A DNA stretch of 32,000 nt from Kineococcus radiotolerans SRS30216 = ATCC BAA-149 (GCF_000017305.1 NC_009664.2:210001-242000); one strand, 5' to 3'. Counted from the stretch's first letter, positions 15,082-24,627 are shown. The notes: generated by a model from the sequence alone, not told the origin. Translations and numbers: made by a program.

Positions 15082-15429
15082 GTGGCGCGGACCCGCTCGC
15101 CGTCCCCGCCCGTCGGCGCGGTGCTCACCCTGGGCCTGGCCGGCGGCGCTGCGCTCGTGTTCGCCGTCACCGACGCGGTCGGGTTCCGGAGCGAGCGCGC
15201 GGAGTCGCTGTCCACACCCCTCTGGGTCCTCGGGTGGGCCCTGCTGGTCTGGGCGACCATCGCCGGCGGGGTCTGCGCGACGCACCTCGCGCACCGCCTC
15301 CTCTCCCCCCGACCTCCCGCGCGGGCCGAGACCCTGCTCCGGCTCCTCCTCCTGCTCACCAGCGCCGCCCTCATCACCGCGGTGGTCCGGACGCACCCCC
15401 TGTGGGGAAGCGGCTCGGGCACGGGGTAG
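15082..15429 (+). CDS. Hypothetical small membrane protein (115 aa, 3-4 predicted transmembrane segments)
   Basis: Track ORF 15082..15429. GC3 is very high in this frame. Hydrophobic segments are VLTLGLAGGAALVFAV, LWVLGWALLVWATIAGGVCA and LLRLLLLLTSAALITAVV. I recognise no family motif. Confidence 0.5.
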   Translation: MARTRSPSPPVGAVLTLGLAGGAALVFAVTDAVGFRSERAESLSTPLWVLGWALLVWATIAGGVCATHLAHRLLSPRPPARAETLLRLLLLLTSAALITAVVRTHPLWGSGSGTG

Positions 15430-15948
15430 CGGCCACCCGCGGCCACCGCGCCGCGCACGTGGCGGACGGAACCACCGCGCCCGTCCCGGTCCGGGGCCGG
15501 CCCGCCGTGGAGCTCCCGACGGGTCGGCGGACCGGTTGCGCCGCAGCGGGAGGTACAGCCTGCTGTACCCCGGGAACACCAGCTGGCGGGATGGTCGACG
15601 GGCCCCGACCACCCCTAGCTTCAGGCATCGAGCCGGCACCCCTCCCGGGGCGCCCGTCCGGCCGCACCGCACCGCGACCTCCCAGGAGCACCCCTTGCCC
15701 GCCGTGGTCAGCACGCCACCCCGCGGCGGCGTCGCCCCGCACGTGCGCCCGGCCGGCGCACCGCACCCGCTGAGCACGCCGGCCGGCGCGTGGCCGCCAC
15801 CGCGGGCGCGCGGAACTCACCCGTGGGGATGACTCCCGTCGCCCGCACGGGCGAGCCCGGTGCGGTGCGGATGTGGCCCGCGCGGGCGTCCCGCCGGTCC
15901 CCGCGCCGCTCCTACCGTCGCAGCACGCACCGAACGCAGGAGGAAGCG

Positions 15949-16905
15949 ATGATCGAGGCCACCGGCCTGACCAAGCGGTACGGGGACAAGACGGCCGTCG
16001 ACGGCGTGAGCTTCACCGTCCGTCCCGGCGTGGTGACCGGTTTCCTGGGGCCCAACGGCGCCGGGAAGTCCACCACGATGCGGATGGTCGTGGGCCTGGA
16101 CCGCCCCAGCGCCGGGTCGGTGACCGTGAACGGCGCGGCCTACGCGCGCCACCGCGCTCCCCTGGGGGAGGTCGGCGCGCTGCTGGAGGCCCGGGCCGTG
16201 CACCCGGGCCGTTCCGCCCACGACCACCTGCTCGCCCAGGCCGCCACCCACGGCATCGGCCGGCGCCGCGTGCAGGAGGTGATCGAACTGGCGGGCCTGG
16301 CGTCCGTGGCGCGCGAGCGCGCCGGCACGTTCTCCCTCGGCATGGGCCAGCGGCTGGGGATCGCCGCCGCGCTGCTGGGCGACCCGCACACCCTGATCCT
16401 GGACGAGCCGGTCAACGGCCTGGACCCCGAGGGGGTGCTGTGGGTGCGCACCCTGCTGCGCGAGCTCGCCGGGCAGGGCCGCACCGTGTTCCTCTCCTCG
16501 CACCTGATGAGCGAGATGGCGCTCACGGCCGACCACCTCGTCGTCGTGGGGCGGGGGCGGGTGATCGCCGACGCCTCCGTCGCCGAGATCGTCGCGCGGG
16601 TGCCGTCGGAGGTCGTGCGGGTGCGGACACCGGACGCCGACCGGCTGGAACCGCTGCTGCGCCGGGGAGCGGGCGTGCGGGTCGCCCGGGTCCAGCCCGA
16701 CGTGCTGGAGGTCACCGGCAGCGACGCCCCGCGGATCGCCACCGCCGCCGCCGCGGCGGGCCTGGTGCTGCACGAACTGGTTCCCGTGCAGGGCTCGCTG
16801 GAGGACGCCTACCTGCAGCTGACCGCCGGCGAGGTCGAGCACCGTTCCGCCACCGGACCGGGAACCCCCGTTCCCGCCCGCACCCCCGAGGGAGCGCCCC
16901 GATGA
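15949..16905 (+). CDS. ABC transporter ATP-binding protein (ABC-2 exporter type)
   Basis: The ATG at 15949 is preceded by AGGAGGAAG (15938-15946). Walker A is GPNGAGKST, the signature is FSLGMGQRLG and Walker B is LILDEPVNGLD. The track start at 15790 adds 53 Arg/Pro-rich residues and is rejected. Confidence 0.9.
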   Translation: MIEATGLTKRYGDKTAVDGVSFTVRPGVVTGFLGPNGAGKSTTMRMVVGLDRPSAGSVTVNGAAYARHRAPLGEVGALLEARAVHPGRSAHDHLLAQAATHGIGRRRVQEVIELAGLASVARERAGTFSLGMGQRLGIAAALLGDPHTLILDEPVNGLDPEGVLWVRTLLRELAGQGRTVFLSSHLMSEMALTADHLVVVGRGRVIADASVAEIVARVPSEVVRVRTPDADRLEPLLRRGAGVRVARVQPDVLEVTGSDAPRIATAAAAAGLVLHELVPVQGSLEDAYLQLTAGEVEHRSATGPGTPVPARTPEGAPR

Positions 16906-17741
16906 CCACCACGTCCACCGCACGCCCCGACCGGCGCGCGGTCGCGCACCCCACCAGCGCCCGGCGGCTCCTCACCGCGGAGTGGGTCAAGTTCCGGTCC
17001 CTGCGCTCGAACTGGTGGGTCCTCGGCCTCGGGGTGCTCTCCATCCCCCTCTTCGCGGTCTCGCGGGTGGTCAGCATCGCCCGGGTCCCCGAGGCGGTCG
17101 GCGCCGCCGGCACGGTCGGCGCGGTGTACGTCACCGCCGGGGTGGCGCTCACCCAGCTCGCCTTCTGCACGCTGGCCGTCCTGGCGGTCACGACCGAGTA
17201 CGGGACCGGGCAGATCCGCTCGACCTTCGCCGCCGCGCCCCGGCGCCTGCACGCGCTGGGCGCCAAGCTGGCGGTCACCGTCCTCGTCGTCCTCCTCGCC
17301 TCGCTCGTCGCCGTCGCGCTGGCCTGGGCGGCCAGCGCGCCCTGGTTCGCGCGGATCGGCACGTCCGTCGACCTGCTGCGGGGTGAGGACGCGCGGATCG
17401 TCCTCGGCGCACCGCTCTACCTGGCCGCCGCGAGCGCGCTGGCCTTCGGCGTCGGCACGATCGTGCGCAACTCCGCGGCCGGGGTGGCGCTGGTGCTGGG
17501 ACTGCTGCTCGTGGTGGAGAACCTGCTGTCCCTCGTCCCGTGGGCCTCGGTCCAGACGTTCGCCGCGCACCTGCCCGTCACCGCCGGCAGCGCGCTGCTG
17601 CGCGCGGAGGCCGTCGGTTCGGTCCTCACCACCTCCGGCAGCAGCGCGCTGTCGCCGTGGGGGGGTTTCGCCGTGATGCTGGCGTGGGTCGCCGCGGTGC
17701 TCGTCGTGGCCGCCGTGCTCGTGCGCCGGCGGGACGCGTGA
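16902..17741 (+). CDS. ABC-2 family transporter permease
   Basis: The ATG at 16902 overlaps the ATPase stop as ATGA. The sequence reads LLTAEWVKFRSLRSNWWVLGLGVLSIPLF, followed by about 6 hydrophobic segments. It corresponds to the downstream part of track ORF 15873..17741. Confidence 0.85.
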   Translation: MTTTSTARPDRRAVAHPTSARRLLTAEWVKFRSLRSNWWVLGLGVLSIPLFAVSRVVSIARVPEAVGAAGTVGAVYVTAGVALTQLAFCTLAVLAVTTEYGTGQIRSTFAAAPRRLHALGAKLAVTVLVVLLASLVAVALAWAASAPWFARIGTSVDLLRGEDARIVLGAPLYLAAASALAFGVGTIVRNSAAGVALVLGLLLVVENLLSLVPWASVQTFAAHLPVTAGSALLRAEAVGSVLTTSGSSALSPWGGFAVMLAWVAAVLVVAAVLVRRRDA

Positions 17742-19255
17742 GCGTGGCGCCGGCCGTCGGGGCGAGGTGGCCGCGGTCCCGTGCGCACCGCGCGGTCGGC
17801 GCCCCGGGCACGACCCGGTCGGCCGCGGCGCCGGTCCCGGGTCTCACCGACCTCGGCTCGGCCGAGCTCGGCCCGGTGCGCCGCTTCCTGGTGCGGCGGC
17901 CGGGGGTCGTGGACGCCGGCGTCGTGCTGGTCTTCACCGGGTGGGCCGTGTTCACCGGGGTCGGCGCGGACTCGATGTACGGGCTCGACGCCCACCTCGG
18001 CGGGCAGCAGGTCCAGCGGATGCAGGTGGCCTCGCTCGCGCTCACGGCGGCCGGCGCACTGGCGCTGACCCGCCGGCGGGGCCGTCCCGCGCTCGTGGCC
18101 GCGGTCGTGGGCGTCCTCGGTGTCCTCGCGCTGGCCACCACCGGGGCGACCTCGGGGTTCGAGCTCGGTCTCGCGCTGGCCCTGTACGCCCTCGCGGCTC
18201 GCGAGCGGCCGGTGGTGACGTGGGTGGTGACCGGCGCCACCGTCGTGGCCCTGCTGGCCGCGGCGCGGGTGCTGCCGCTGCCGCTGACCGTGAACGCCCT
18301 CGTCCTCGGGGCCGACCCGGCGCAGGCCGGCGGGCTCGAGGCGGTGGAGCGGCGGGCGCGGGGCGACGCCCTCTTCAGCGTCGTGTGGGCGCAGACGGCC
18401 GTGCCCGTCCTGGTGCTCGCGCTGCTCGCCGTCGCGGTCGGCACGAGCGTGCGCAACCGGCGGATGCACGTCGCCCGGATCCTGGAGGCCGCCGACGCGC
18501 TCGGGCGCGAGCAGGAGCAGCGCCTGCGGCTGGCTCAGGCGGGCGAGCGGGCGCGCATCGCGCGCGAGATGCACGACATCGTCGCGCACAGCGTCTCGGT
18601 GATGATCGCCCTCGGCCACGGCGCGTCGGTCGCGCTCGACCACGCACCCGAGCGCTCCCGCGCCGCGCTGGAGGACCTCGTCGCGACCGGGCGCTCGGCG
18701 CTGGGCGACATGCGCCGCATCCTCGGGGTCCTGCACGAGGACGGCACCGCCCCGCTGCCCTCCCCCGCGGCACCGCCCGCCGGGGGCCCGCACAGCGCGG
18801 CGCCGGCGGCGCCGATGCAGCCCCAGCCGGGCGGCCTGGACCTGGACGCGCTGCTCGAGGGGTTCCGCCGCGCGGGGCTGCCGGTGCGCGCCGCGGTCTC
18901 CGACCGGGCGGGCCGGGAGGGTCCGGAGCCCCTGGAGGAGCTGGACGCGAACCTGGGGCTGGCCGTGTACCGCATCGTCCAGGAGTCCCTCACCAACGCG
19001 CTGCGGCACGCGGGCGGGACCGCCGGGGTCGAGGTGCGCGTCCTCGTCGGCGACGAGCACGTCGAGGTCGTCGTCACCGACGCCGGTGCGCGCCCCGGCG
19101 ACGGACCGGGCCCGGGCACGGGTCCGGGGTCGCAGCGAGGGCTGGTGGGCCTGCGCGAGCGCGCGGCGGCCTTCGGCGGCACCCTCGAGGCGGGCCCGCA
19201 CGGGACCGGCTGGCGGGTGCGCGCGCGGCTGGCGCGGAACGGGGCGGGGACGTGA
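17738..19255 (+). CDS. Membrane sensor histidine kinase, HisKA_3 (NarX/DesK/LiaS-like) class
   Basis: The GTG at 17738 overlaps the permease stop as GTGA. The N-terminus is hydrophobic. The H-box is ERARIAREMHDIVAHSVSVMIAL. The ATPase region reads ESLTNALRHAGG, VVVTDAG and GLVGLRERAAAFGGTLEAG. Confidence 0.85.
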   Translation: MSVAPAVGARWPRSRAHRAVGAPGTTRSAAAPVPGLTDLGSAELGPVRRFLVRRPGVVDAGVVLVFTGWAVFTGVGADSMYGLDAHLGGQQVQRMQVASLALTAAGALALTRRRGRPALVAAVVGVLGVLALATTGATSGFELGLALALYALAARERPVVTWVVTGATVVALLAAARVLPLPLTVNALVLGADPAQAGGLEAVERRARGDALFSVVWAQTAVPVLVLALLAVAVGTSVRNRRMHVARILEAADALGREQEQRLRLAQAGERARIAREMHDIVAHSVSVMIALGHGASVALDHAPERSRAALEDLVATGRSALGDMRRILGVLHEDGTAPLPSPAAPPAGGPHSAAPAAPMQPQPGGLDLDALLEGFRRAGLPVRAAVSDRAGREGPEPLEELDANLGLAVYRIVQESLTNALRHAGGTAGVEVRVLVGDEHVEVVVTDAGARPGDGPGPGTGPGSQRGLVGLRERAAAFGGTLEAGPHGTGWRVRARLARNGAGT

Positions 19256-19929
19256 TCCGGGTCCTGCTCGTGGACGACCACGCCCTGATCCGGGTGGGTT
19301 TCCGGCTCGTGCTCGAGAGCGCCGGCGACATCGAGGTGGTGGGCGAGGCCGGCGACGGGCGCACCGCGCTCGAGCAGGCCGCCGCCCTGCGACCCGACGT
19401 CGTCCTGATGGACGTGCGCATGCCGAACCTCAACGGCATCGACGCCACCGCCCGCCTCGTCGAGGCCCGGCCCGAGGCGCGCGTGCTCATCCTGACCACG
19501 TTCGACCTCGACGAGTACGCCTTCGCGGCCCTGCGCGCGGGCGCCAGCGGTTTCCTGCTCAAGGACGTCGCCCCGGTCGACCTGATCGGCGCGGTGCGCA
19601 CGGTGGCGGGTGGTGAGGCCGTGGTCTCCCCGCGCATCACCCGGCGCATGCTGGAGCTCTTCGCCCACCGCCTCCCCGAGAGCGGGGAGGTCCCCCGGTC
19701 GGACGCCGTGCACCCCCGGCTCGCGGACCTCACCCCCCGCGAGCTGGAGGTGCTGCGCCACATCGCCGGTGCGCGCTCCAACGCCGAGATCGCCGCGCAC
19801 CTGTTCCTGTCCGAGGCGACCGTGAAGACCCACGTCGCCCGCGTGCTGGCCAAGCTGGGCGTCCGCGACCGCGTGCACGCCGTCGTGCTCGCCTACGAGA
19901 CGGGGTTGGCGTGCGCAGCGCCCGGCTGA
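19252..19929 (+). CDS. NarL/LuxR-family response regulator (REC plus GerE-type HTH)
   Basis: The GTG at 19252 overlaps the kinase stop as GTGA. REC reads IRVLLVDDHALIR...PDVVLMDVRMPNLNGI...ILTTFD. The HTH reads LTPRELEVLRHIAGARSNAEIAAHLFLSEATVKTHVARVLAKLGVRDR. Confidence 0.9.
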   Translation: MIRVLLVDDHALIRVGFRLVLESAGDIEVVGEAGDGRTALEQAAALRPDVVLMDVRMPNLNGIDATARLVEARPEARVLILTTFDLDEYAFAALRAGASGFLLKDVAPVDLIGAVRTVAGGEAVVSPRITRRMLELFAHRLPESGEVPRSDAVHPRLADLTPRELEVLRHIAGARSNAEIAAHLFLSEATVKTHVARVLAKLGVRDRVHAVVLAYETGLACAAPG

Positions 19930-19996
19930 GCCCCCCGCGCTCCTCCCCCGGCGCGACCCGGGGAGCGGGAACCCGACCCACGAGGGAGGAACGACG

Positions 19997-20896
19997 GTGA
20001 ACTCTGCGGCACCGGGGTTGGGCCGGTACCTGCGCGGACGGCGGGAGGCGTTGCAGCCCGAGGACGTCGGACTGCCGCGTCAGGCGCGCCGACGCGTCCC
20101 CGGCCTGCGGCGCGAGGAGGTCGCCCACCTCGCGGGGATCAGCGTCGAGTACTACGTGCGCCTCGAGCGGGGTGTGGACCACCAGCCGTCCCCGCAGGTG
20201 CTCGCGGCGCTGGCCGGTGCGCTGCAGCTGGACGCGGACGGGCGCTCGTACCTGGTGCGCCTCGCGCAGCCGCCGCGGCGCACCTCCCGCGGCCCGGAGC
20301 GCACGACGCCCCTCGACGCGGGCCTGACCGCCGCGATGGAGGCCGTGGGTCACCTGCCCGTGTTCGTCACCGACCCCAACCGCGACGTGATCGCGAGCAA
20401 CAGCGTCGCGAACGCCATGCCCGGCGGGTTCTGGCGGGTCGGCCGCAACGCGGTGCTGGGGACTTTCGCCCCCCGGGTGAAGGCGGGGATGCCCGGGTGG
20501 GAGGGGTTCGCGCAGCGCCTCGTCGCCGGTCTGCGCGCCACCGCGGACCCGGGTGACGCCCGGTTGCAGGAGATCGTCGGGACGTTGTCGGTGCGCGACG
20601 AGGACTTCCGGCGCTGGTGGGCCGAGCACGACGTCGTGCGCACCTCCTCGGGGCGGGTGTCGTACCCCTTCGACGACGTCGGCCTGACCGAGGTGCGCTG
20701 GCAGGAGCTGGAGGTGCCCGGGCACCCGGGCCACCTGCTGACGATCCTCCACGCCGACCCCGCCACCCCCGCCCACCGGGCCCTGGCCGCGCTGGCCGCG
20801 CGCGCGGCGGCCGGCACCGCGTCCCCCCACGTCGCGGAGGAGGCACCGGCCCCGCCCGGTGAGCGGCGGCCGAGCCCGGTGGGGGTCGACCCGTGA
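19997..20896 (+). CDS. MmyB-like transcriptional regulator (XRE-type HTH plus MmyB-like ligand-binding domain)
   Basis: Track ORF 19997..20896, with GAGGGAGGA upstream. The HTH reads LGRYLRGRREALQPEDVGLP...RRRVPGLRREEVAHLAGISVEYYVRLERG...PSPQVLAALAGALQLD. The C-terminal domain reads PVFVTDPNRDVIASNSVA...ELEVPGHPGHLLTILH. Confidence 0.8.
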   Translation: MNSAAPGLGRYLRGRREALQPEDVGLPRQARRRVPGLRREEVAHLAGISVEYYVRLERGVDHQPSPQVLAALAGALQLDADGRSYLVRLAQPPRRTSRGPERTTPLDAGLTAAMEAVGHLPVFVTDPNRDVIASNSVANAMPGGFWRVGRNAVLGTFAPRVKAGMPGWEGFAQRLVAGLRATADPGDARLQEIVGTLSVRDEDFRRWWAEHDVVRTSSGRVSYPFDDVGLTEVRWQELEVPGHPGHLLTILHADPATPAHRALAALAARAAAGTASPHVAEEAPAPPGERRPSPVGVDP

Positions 20897-20921
20897 GGAG
20901 GGGTGCCGGCTCCCCGCGCGC

Positions 20922-21695
20922 TCAGGCGCCGGCCGTCACGCTCCCGGCGGCGGCGACCGCGGCGAGGACGGCGGTGGCCACGGCGTCGGGGTGGGAGACC
21001 CCGACGGCGTGCGACGCCCCCTCGACGACCGTGCTCCCCCGCACACCGGCGCGTTCGGCCATGGACGCCAGCGCCGCCGCGGGGATGTTGAGGTCGCCGT
21101 CGCCGTACACCGCCCACGACGGCAGCCGCTTCCACGCCGGTTCCACCGAGAGCGCCTCGGTGAGGGCGGCCTCGGTGACGGGGCGCTGGGTGAGCGCCAT
21201 CGTCGCGGCCAGCTCGGCGGGCACGTCGGCGGCGAACTGCGCGGCGAAGCGCGCGGGGTCGATGCGGAACTCGTTCCCCCCGGTGGCCACCGGGTAGGCC
21301 AGCAGCGTCTCGCCGAGGGTGCTGCCGGGGTGACGACCGGAGAGTTCCAGCGCGCTCTCCCCCCGCTCGGGCACGAACGCGGCCACGTAGACGAGCGCGC
21401 GGACCTGCTCGCCGAGGGCGTCGGCGGCCTGGGTGATGACCATGCCGCCGTAGGAGTGCCCGACCAGGACGACGGGACGGCCCAGGCCGCGGACGACGTC
21501 GGTCAGGTAGGCGGCGTCGCCGGCCACCGAGCGCAGCGGGTTGGCGACGGCGACGACGTCGAGGCCGTGCGAGCTCAGGGTCTGCGCGACCTCGGCCCAG
21601 CTGGCGGACTCGGCGAAGGCGCCGTGCACGAGCACGACGGTGGGTGCTCCGGCGGTGGGAGCGGTGGCCGCGGGCAGGGTGGGGTTCTCGGACAC
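20922..21695 (-). CDS. Alpha/beta-fold hydrolase
   Basis: Track ORF 20922..21695. The sequence reads VVLVHGAFAESASW, with nucleophile elbow VGHSYGGMV (GxSxG) and C-terminal ASHAVGVSHP. GAGAGGAAG lies upstream of the GTG at 21695. Confidence 0.85.
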   Translation of the reverse strand: MSENPTLPAATAPTAGAPTVVLVHGAFAESASWAEVAQTLSSHGLDVVAVANPLRSVAGDAAYLTDVVRGLGRPVVLVGHSYGGMVITQAADALGEQVRALVYVAAFVPERGESALELSGRHPGSTLGETLLAYPVATGGNEFRIDPARFAAQFAADVPAELAATMALTQRPVTEAALTEALSVEPAWKRLPSWAVYGDGDLNIPAAALASMAERAGVRGSTVVEGASHAVGVSHPDAVATAVLAAVAAAGSVTAGA

Positions 21696-21805
21696 GGGTT
21701 TCTTCCTCTCGGGGGTGGGACGGGGAACGGGTGGTCACGACGGCGGGATCCGCCGGCGCGGGGTCCAGCTCGCCGGGTGCTGCTCGCGCACCGGGTGGCG
21801 GCGGG

Positions 21806-22435
21806 TCAGCGGGGAGAGCGGGGAGGACCGGGCGGTCCGGTGGTGCGCAACTGCTGCAACCGGTCGCGGGAGAGCGCGTCGACGGCGCGCCAGAGGATGA
21901 GCACCGCCCCCTCGTCCTCCGGGCCGGTCTGCAACTCCTGGTACGCCAGGCGCATGCCGCGCACGAGGGGGTGCCGCACGGTCAGGCTGCCCGACCCCGC
22001 GGGTGCGGGCCGGCGTTCGGCCCACGCCCGGCTGAAGTCGTCGCTGCGGGCCGCGAGCTCCCCGACCAGGGCCCGGAAACCGGCGTCCTCCAGTTGCGAC
22101 TCGAGCGAGGACCGCAGGGACGCCACCACCAGGTGGGCCACCTCGCTCGGGTCGTCGGTACCGGTCGGCACCCCGGGGTCGAGGAACGCGAAGCGCGCCA
22201 TGTTGACCCCGGGTTCGAACGCGGCGCTGAGCCGGCGTGCCAGGTCGTTCGAGGCCAGCACGTCCAGGTGCCGGCTGCGCAGGACGACGGGTACCTCGTG
22301 CAGCGAGTCGACGACCTGACGCAAACGACCGGCGGTCGTCTGCTCGACCTCGGCCGGACCGGCGCCGTCGGCACCGGCCGGACCTCCTGCTTCCCCTGGC
22401 ACGCCGAGGACTCTAGGAACCGCGCGGCCGCTCAT
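21806..22435 (-). pseudogene. MmyB-like regulator remnant: the ligand-binding domain is intact but the HTH core is missing or degenerate
   Basis: The ligand-binding region (LRQVVDSLHEVPVVLRSRHLDVLASNDLA...LTVRHPLVRGMRLAYQELQ) parallels the intact paralog at 19997-20896. Upstream in the same frame only a ghost of the family N-terminus remains (GRLRFGARGPELRAAATGILPG...VPGLR). The roughly 50-aa REEVA..AG.S..YY.RLERG helix-turn-helix is replaced by unrelated sequence. The only nearby in-frame start is the ATG at 22435. It could still be expressed as a protein with the ligand-binding domain alone. Confidence 0.55.
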
Positions 22436-22625
22436 CCAGGCCCTGTCAGGGGCTGGATCCGCCCGCAGTCCCGGCACCAGCATGCCGCTCGTCCGCTCGC
22501 GCGACCGGCACCCCGGGAGGATCCCGGTTGCGGCCGCACGGAGTTCGGGCCCCCGGGCGCCGAAACGCAGGCGTCCCGTCGACGCGTCACCCCGACGCGC
22601 GTTCCCCGTGAAGAGGGTTCCTCCC

Positions 22626-23199
22626 GTGTCCGGAAACCCCAGGAACACCTCCCTCGAACCCGCCGCCCAGGCCTTCGTCGACGCCACCAGCGAACCCCCG
22701 TTCCTCCACCAGCTCGCCCCCGAGGACGGGCGCAAGGCCGTCGACTCGGTGCAGGACGAACCCATCGACAAGCCCGAGGTCGAGGAGCAGTGGATCACCG
22801 TCGACGGCGGCCCCACCGGCAGCGTCCCGGTGCATCGTCAAACCCCTCGGCGCCACCGGAACTGGAACCGGTGCTGCGCTGCAGCGGGTCGTGGCCTCCG
22901 GCGCCGCCCACGGCCTCGACGCCACCCGCATCGCCCTGGCCGGGGACTCCGTGGGCGGGAACATGGCCATCGCCTTGACGCTGGTGGCCGAGGAACGCGG
23001 CGGGGTCGACCTGCGCGCGCAGGTGCTGTTCCACCCCGTCACCGACGCCGCCTTCGACACCGCCTCGTACCACGAGTTCGCCGAGGGCTACTTCCTCACC
23101 CGCGAAGGCATGCAGTGGTTCTGGGACCAGTACACGACCAGCGAGTCCGACCGCGCGCAGATCACCGCCTCCCCCCTGCGCACCGCACTGCACGACTGA
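22626..23199 (+). pseudogene. Hormone-sensitive-lipase-family esterase relic with a frameshift, an internal deletion of the HGGG region and a C-terminal truncation
   Basis: The N-terminal cap lies in one frame: VSGNPRNTSLEPAAQAFVDATSEPPFLHQLAPEDGRKAVDSVQ...WITVDGGPTGSVPV. The frame changes near 22829-22832 to IVKPLGATG..., which runs straight into ALQRVVASGAAHGLDATRIALAGDSVGGNMA. Only about 32 aa separate VKP from GDSVGG, where family members have about 85-90 aa including the HGGG oxyanion motif. The ORF stops at ...ASPLRTALHD, before the catalytic Asp and His. Confidence 0.65.
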
Positions 23200-23226
23200 G
23201 CCGCGGGCGCCGTTCCGGCCGAACCG

Positions 23227-24459
23227 TCAACCCTCGACGGGGATGGTCACCCGCAGCACCGTCGGCCCACCCGGGGGGCTGTGCAGGTGCACGGCGCCGT
23301 CCAGCGCCTCCACGCGGCGCCGGATCCCGCTCACCCCGCTCCCGCCGGTCTCCCGGGCGCCACCGGCGCCGTCGTCGCTGACCTCGACGACGAGCCGGCC
23401 GCCGGTCACCTCCAGCCGCACGTCCGCGCGACGGGCCCCGCTGTGCCGGGCGACGTTGGTGAGCCCCTCGGCGACCGCGGCGTAGGCCGCGGCCTGCACC
23501 GCGGCGGGCAGGAGGGGCAGTGCCCCGGTCTGGACGGCGCACGGGACGGCGCTGTGCGCCGCCAGCCCCGACACCGCCTGCGCCAGACCGCGATCGGCCA
23601 GGACCGGCGGGTAGATGCTGCGCACCACCGCCCGCAGGTCCGCCAGCGCCTGATCGGCGGCGGCGTGCGCGGTCTGCACGATCGGCAGCGCCGCGGCCGG
23701 GTCGCGGCGCAGGGCGCGTTCGGCCATGCCCAGGTGCACCACCACCGCGACCATGCGGTTCTGGATGCCGTCGTGCAGGTCGCGCTCGATGCGGCGCAGC
23801 TCGGTGGCGTGCGCGTCCAGGGCCGCGGACCGGGTCGCCGTCACCTCGGCCAGCCGCTGCACCAGCAGCGTGCGCGGCGGGGCCAGCAGCGAGGCGCCGA
23901 CGCGCGGGTACCACCGCGACAGCGGCGGCACCACGAGGGGGCCGAGCGCGGCGTAACCCGCGGCCAGCAGCAGCGCGAACCCCGCCTGCGGCCAGCTCTG
24001 CACGGGTGTGGCCAGCGTCGTCTCCGCGCCGGGGATGAACGGCCACAGCAGGGCCAGCACCACGTTCTGCACGGCGCCGATCGGGGAGCTGACGGCCACG
24101 ACCCCGGACAGCGTGCCGACGACGGCGTGCAGCAGCAGGAACGCGGCGTCGCGGCGCACGGCCGGGTCCGTCAGGACCGCCCGGGCCGTCGCCGGGACCG
24201 GGGGTGGTTGCGGGATCCGCACCCCGAGGTGGCGGGCGATCCGGCCGCGCTCGAGCGCGGTGAGAGAGCGCGCCGCCCGCGCCGCGCGGGGCAGCAGCGG
24301 CAGGGGGAGCACGAGCACGACGCACGCCAGGGACACGAGCAGGAGGAGGCAGGCGGCCGCACCGGTGGCCAGGCCGTCGACGAGGAAGCGGAAGCCGCGC
24401 AGCTGCCGCTGGATCCGTCCCGGCGAGGAGGGGGTGTCCACTGCGTCGTCCTTGTCCAC
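23227..24459 (-). CDS. Membrane sensor histidine kinase, HisKA_3 class
   Basis: This is the downstream part of track ORF 23227..25182. Hydrophobic N-terminal sensor segments are followed by the H-box ELRRIERDLHDGIQNRMVAVVVHLGMA. The ATPase region reads EGLTNVARHSGA, VEVSDDGAGG and GSGVSGIRRRVEALDGAV. The start is the GTG at 24459, with 24441 as an alternative. The track ORF upstream of it is antisense to the adjacent response regulator. Confidence 0.8.
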   Translation of the reverse strand: MDKDDAVDTPSSPGRIQRQLRGFRFLVDGLATGAAACLLLLVSLACVVLVLPLPLLPRAARAARSLTALERGRIARHLGVRIPQPPPVPATARAVLTDPAVRRDAAFLLLHAVVGTLSGVVAVSSPIGAVQNVVLALLWPFIPGAETTLATPVQSWPQAGFALLLAAGYAALGPLVVPPLSRWYPRVGASLLAPPRTLLVQRLAEVTATRSAALDAHATELRRIERDLHDGIQNRMVAVVVHLGMAERALRRDPAAALPIVQTAHAAADQALADLRAVVRSIYPPVLADRGLAQAVSGLAAHSAVPCAVQTGALPLLPAAVQAAAYAAVAEGLTNVARHSGARRADVRLEVTGGRLVVEVSDDGAGGARETGGSGVSGIRRRVEALDGAVHLHSPPGGPTVLRVTIPVEG

Positions 24460-24627
24460 GGTGCCCGGCGCTCCGTCAGCCGCCGAGCATGGCACGCGGT
24501 GGGGGGTCCCGGCGGCCGGGGTGCCGTGCGCCGGGCTCGGCGCGCGGTGGGAGGCTGGCGGCGAGCAGGGGCGGCCGGCGGTGGTCCGCCCGGTCGAGGA
24601 CGCGAGGAGCCTGGAGGTGCGGTCGCC

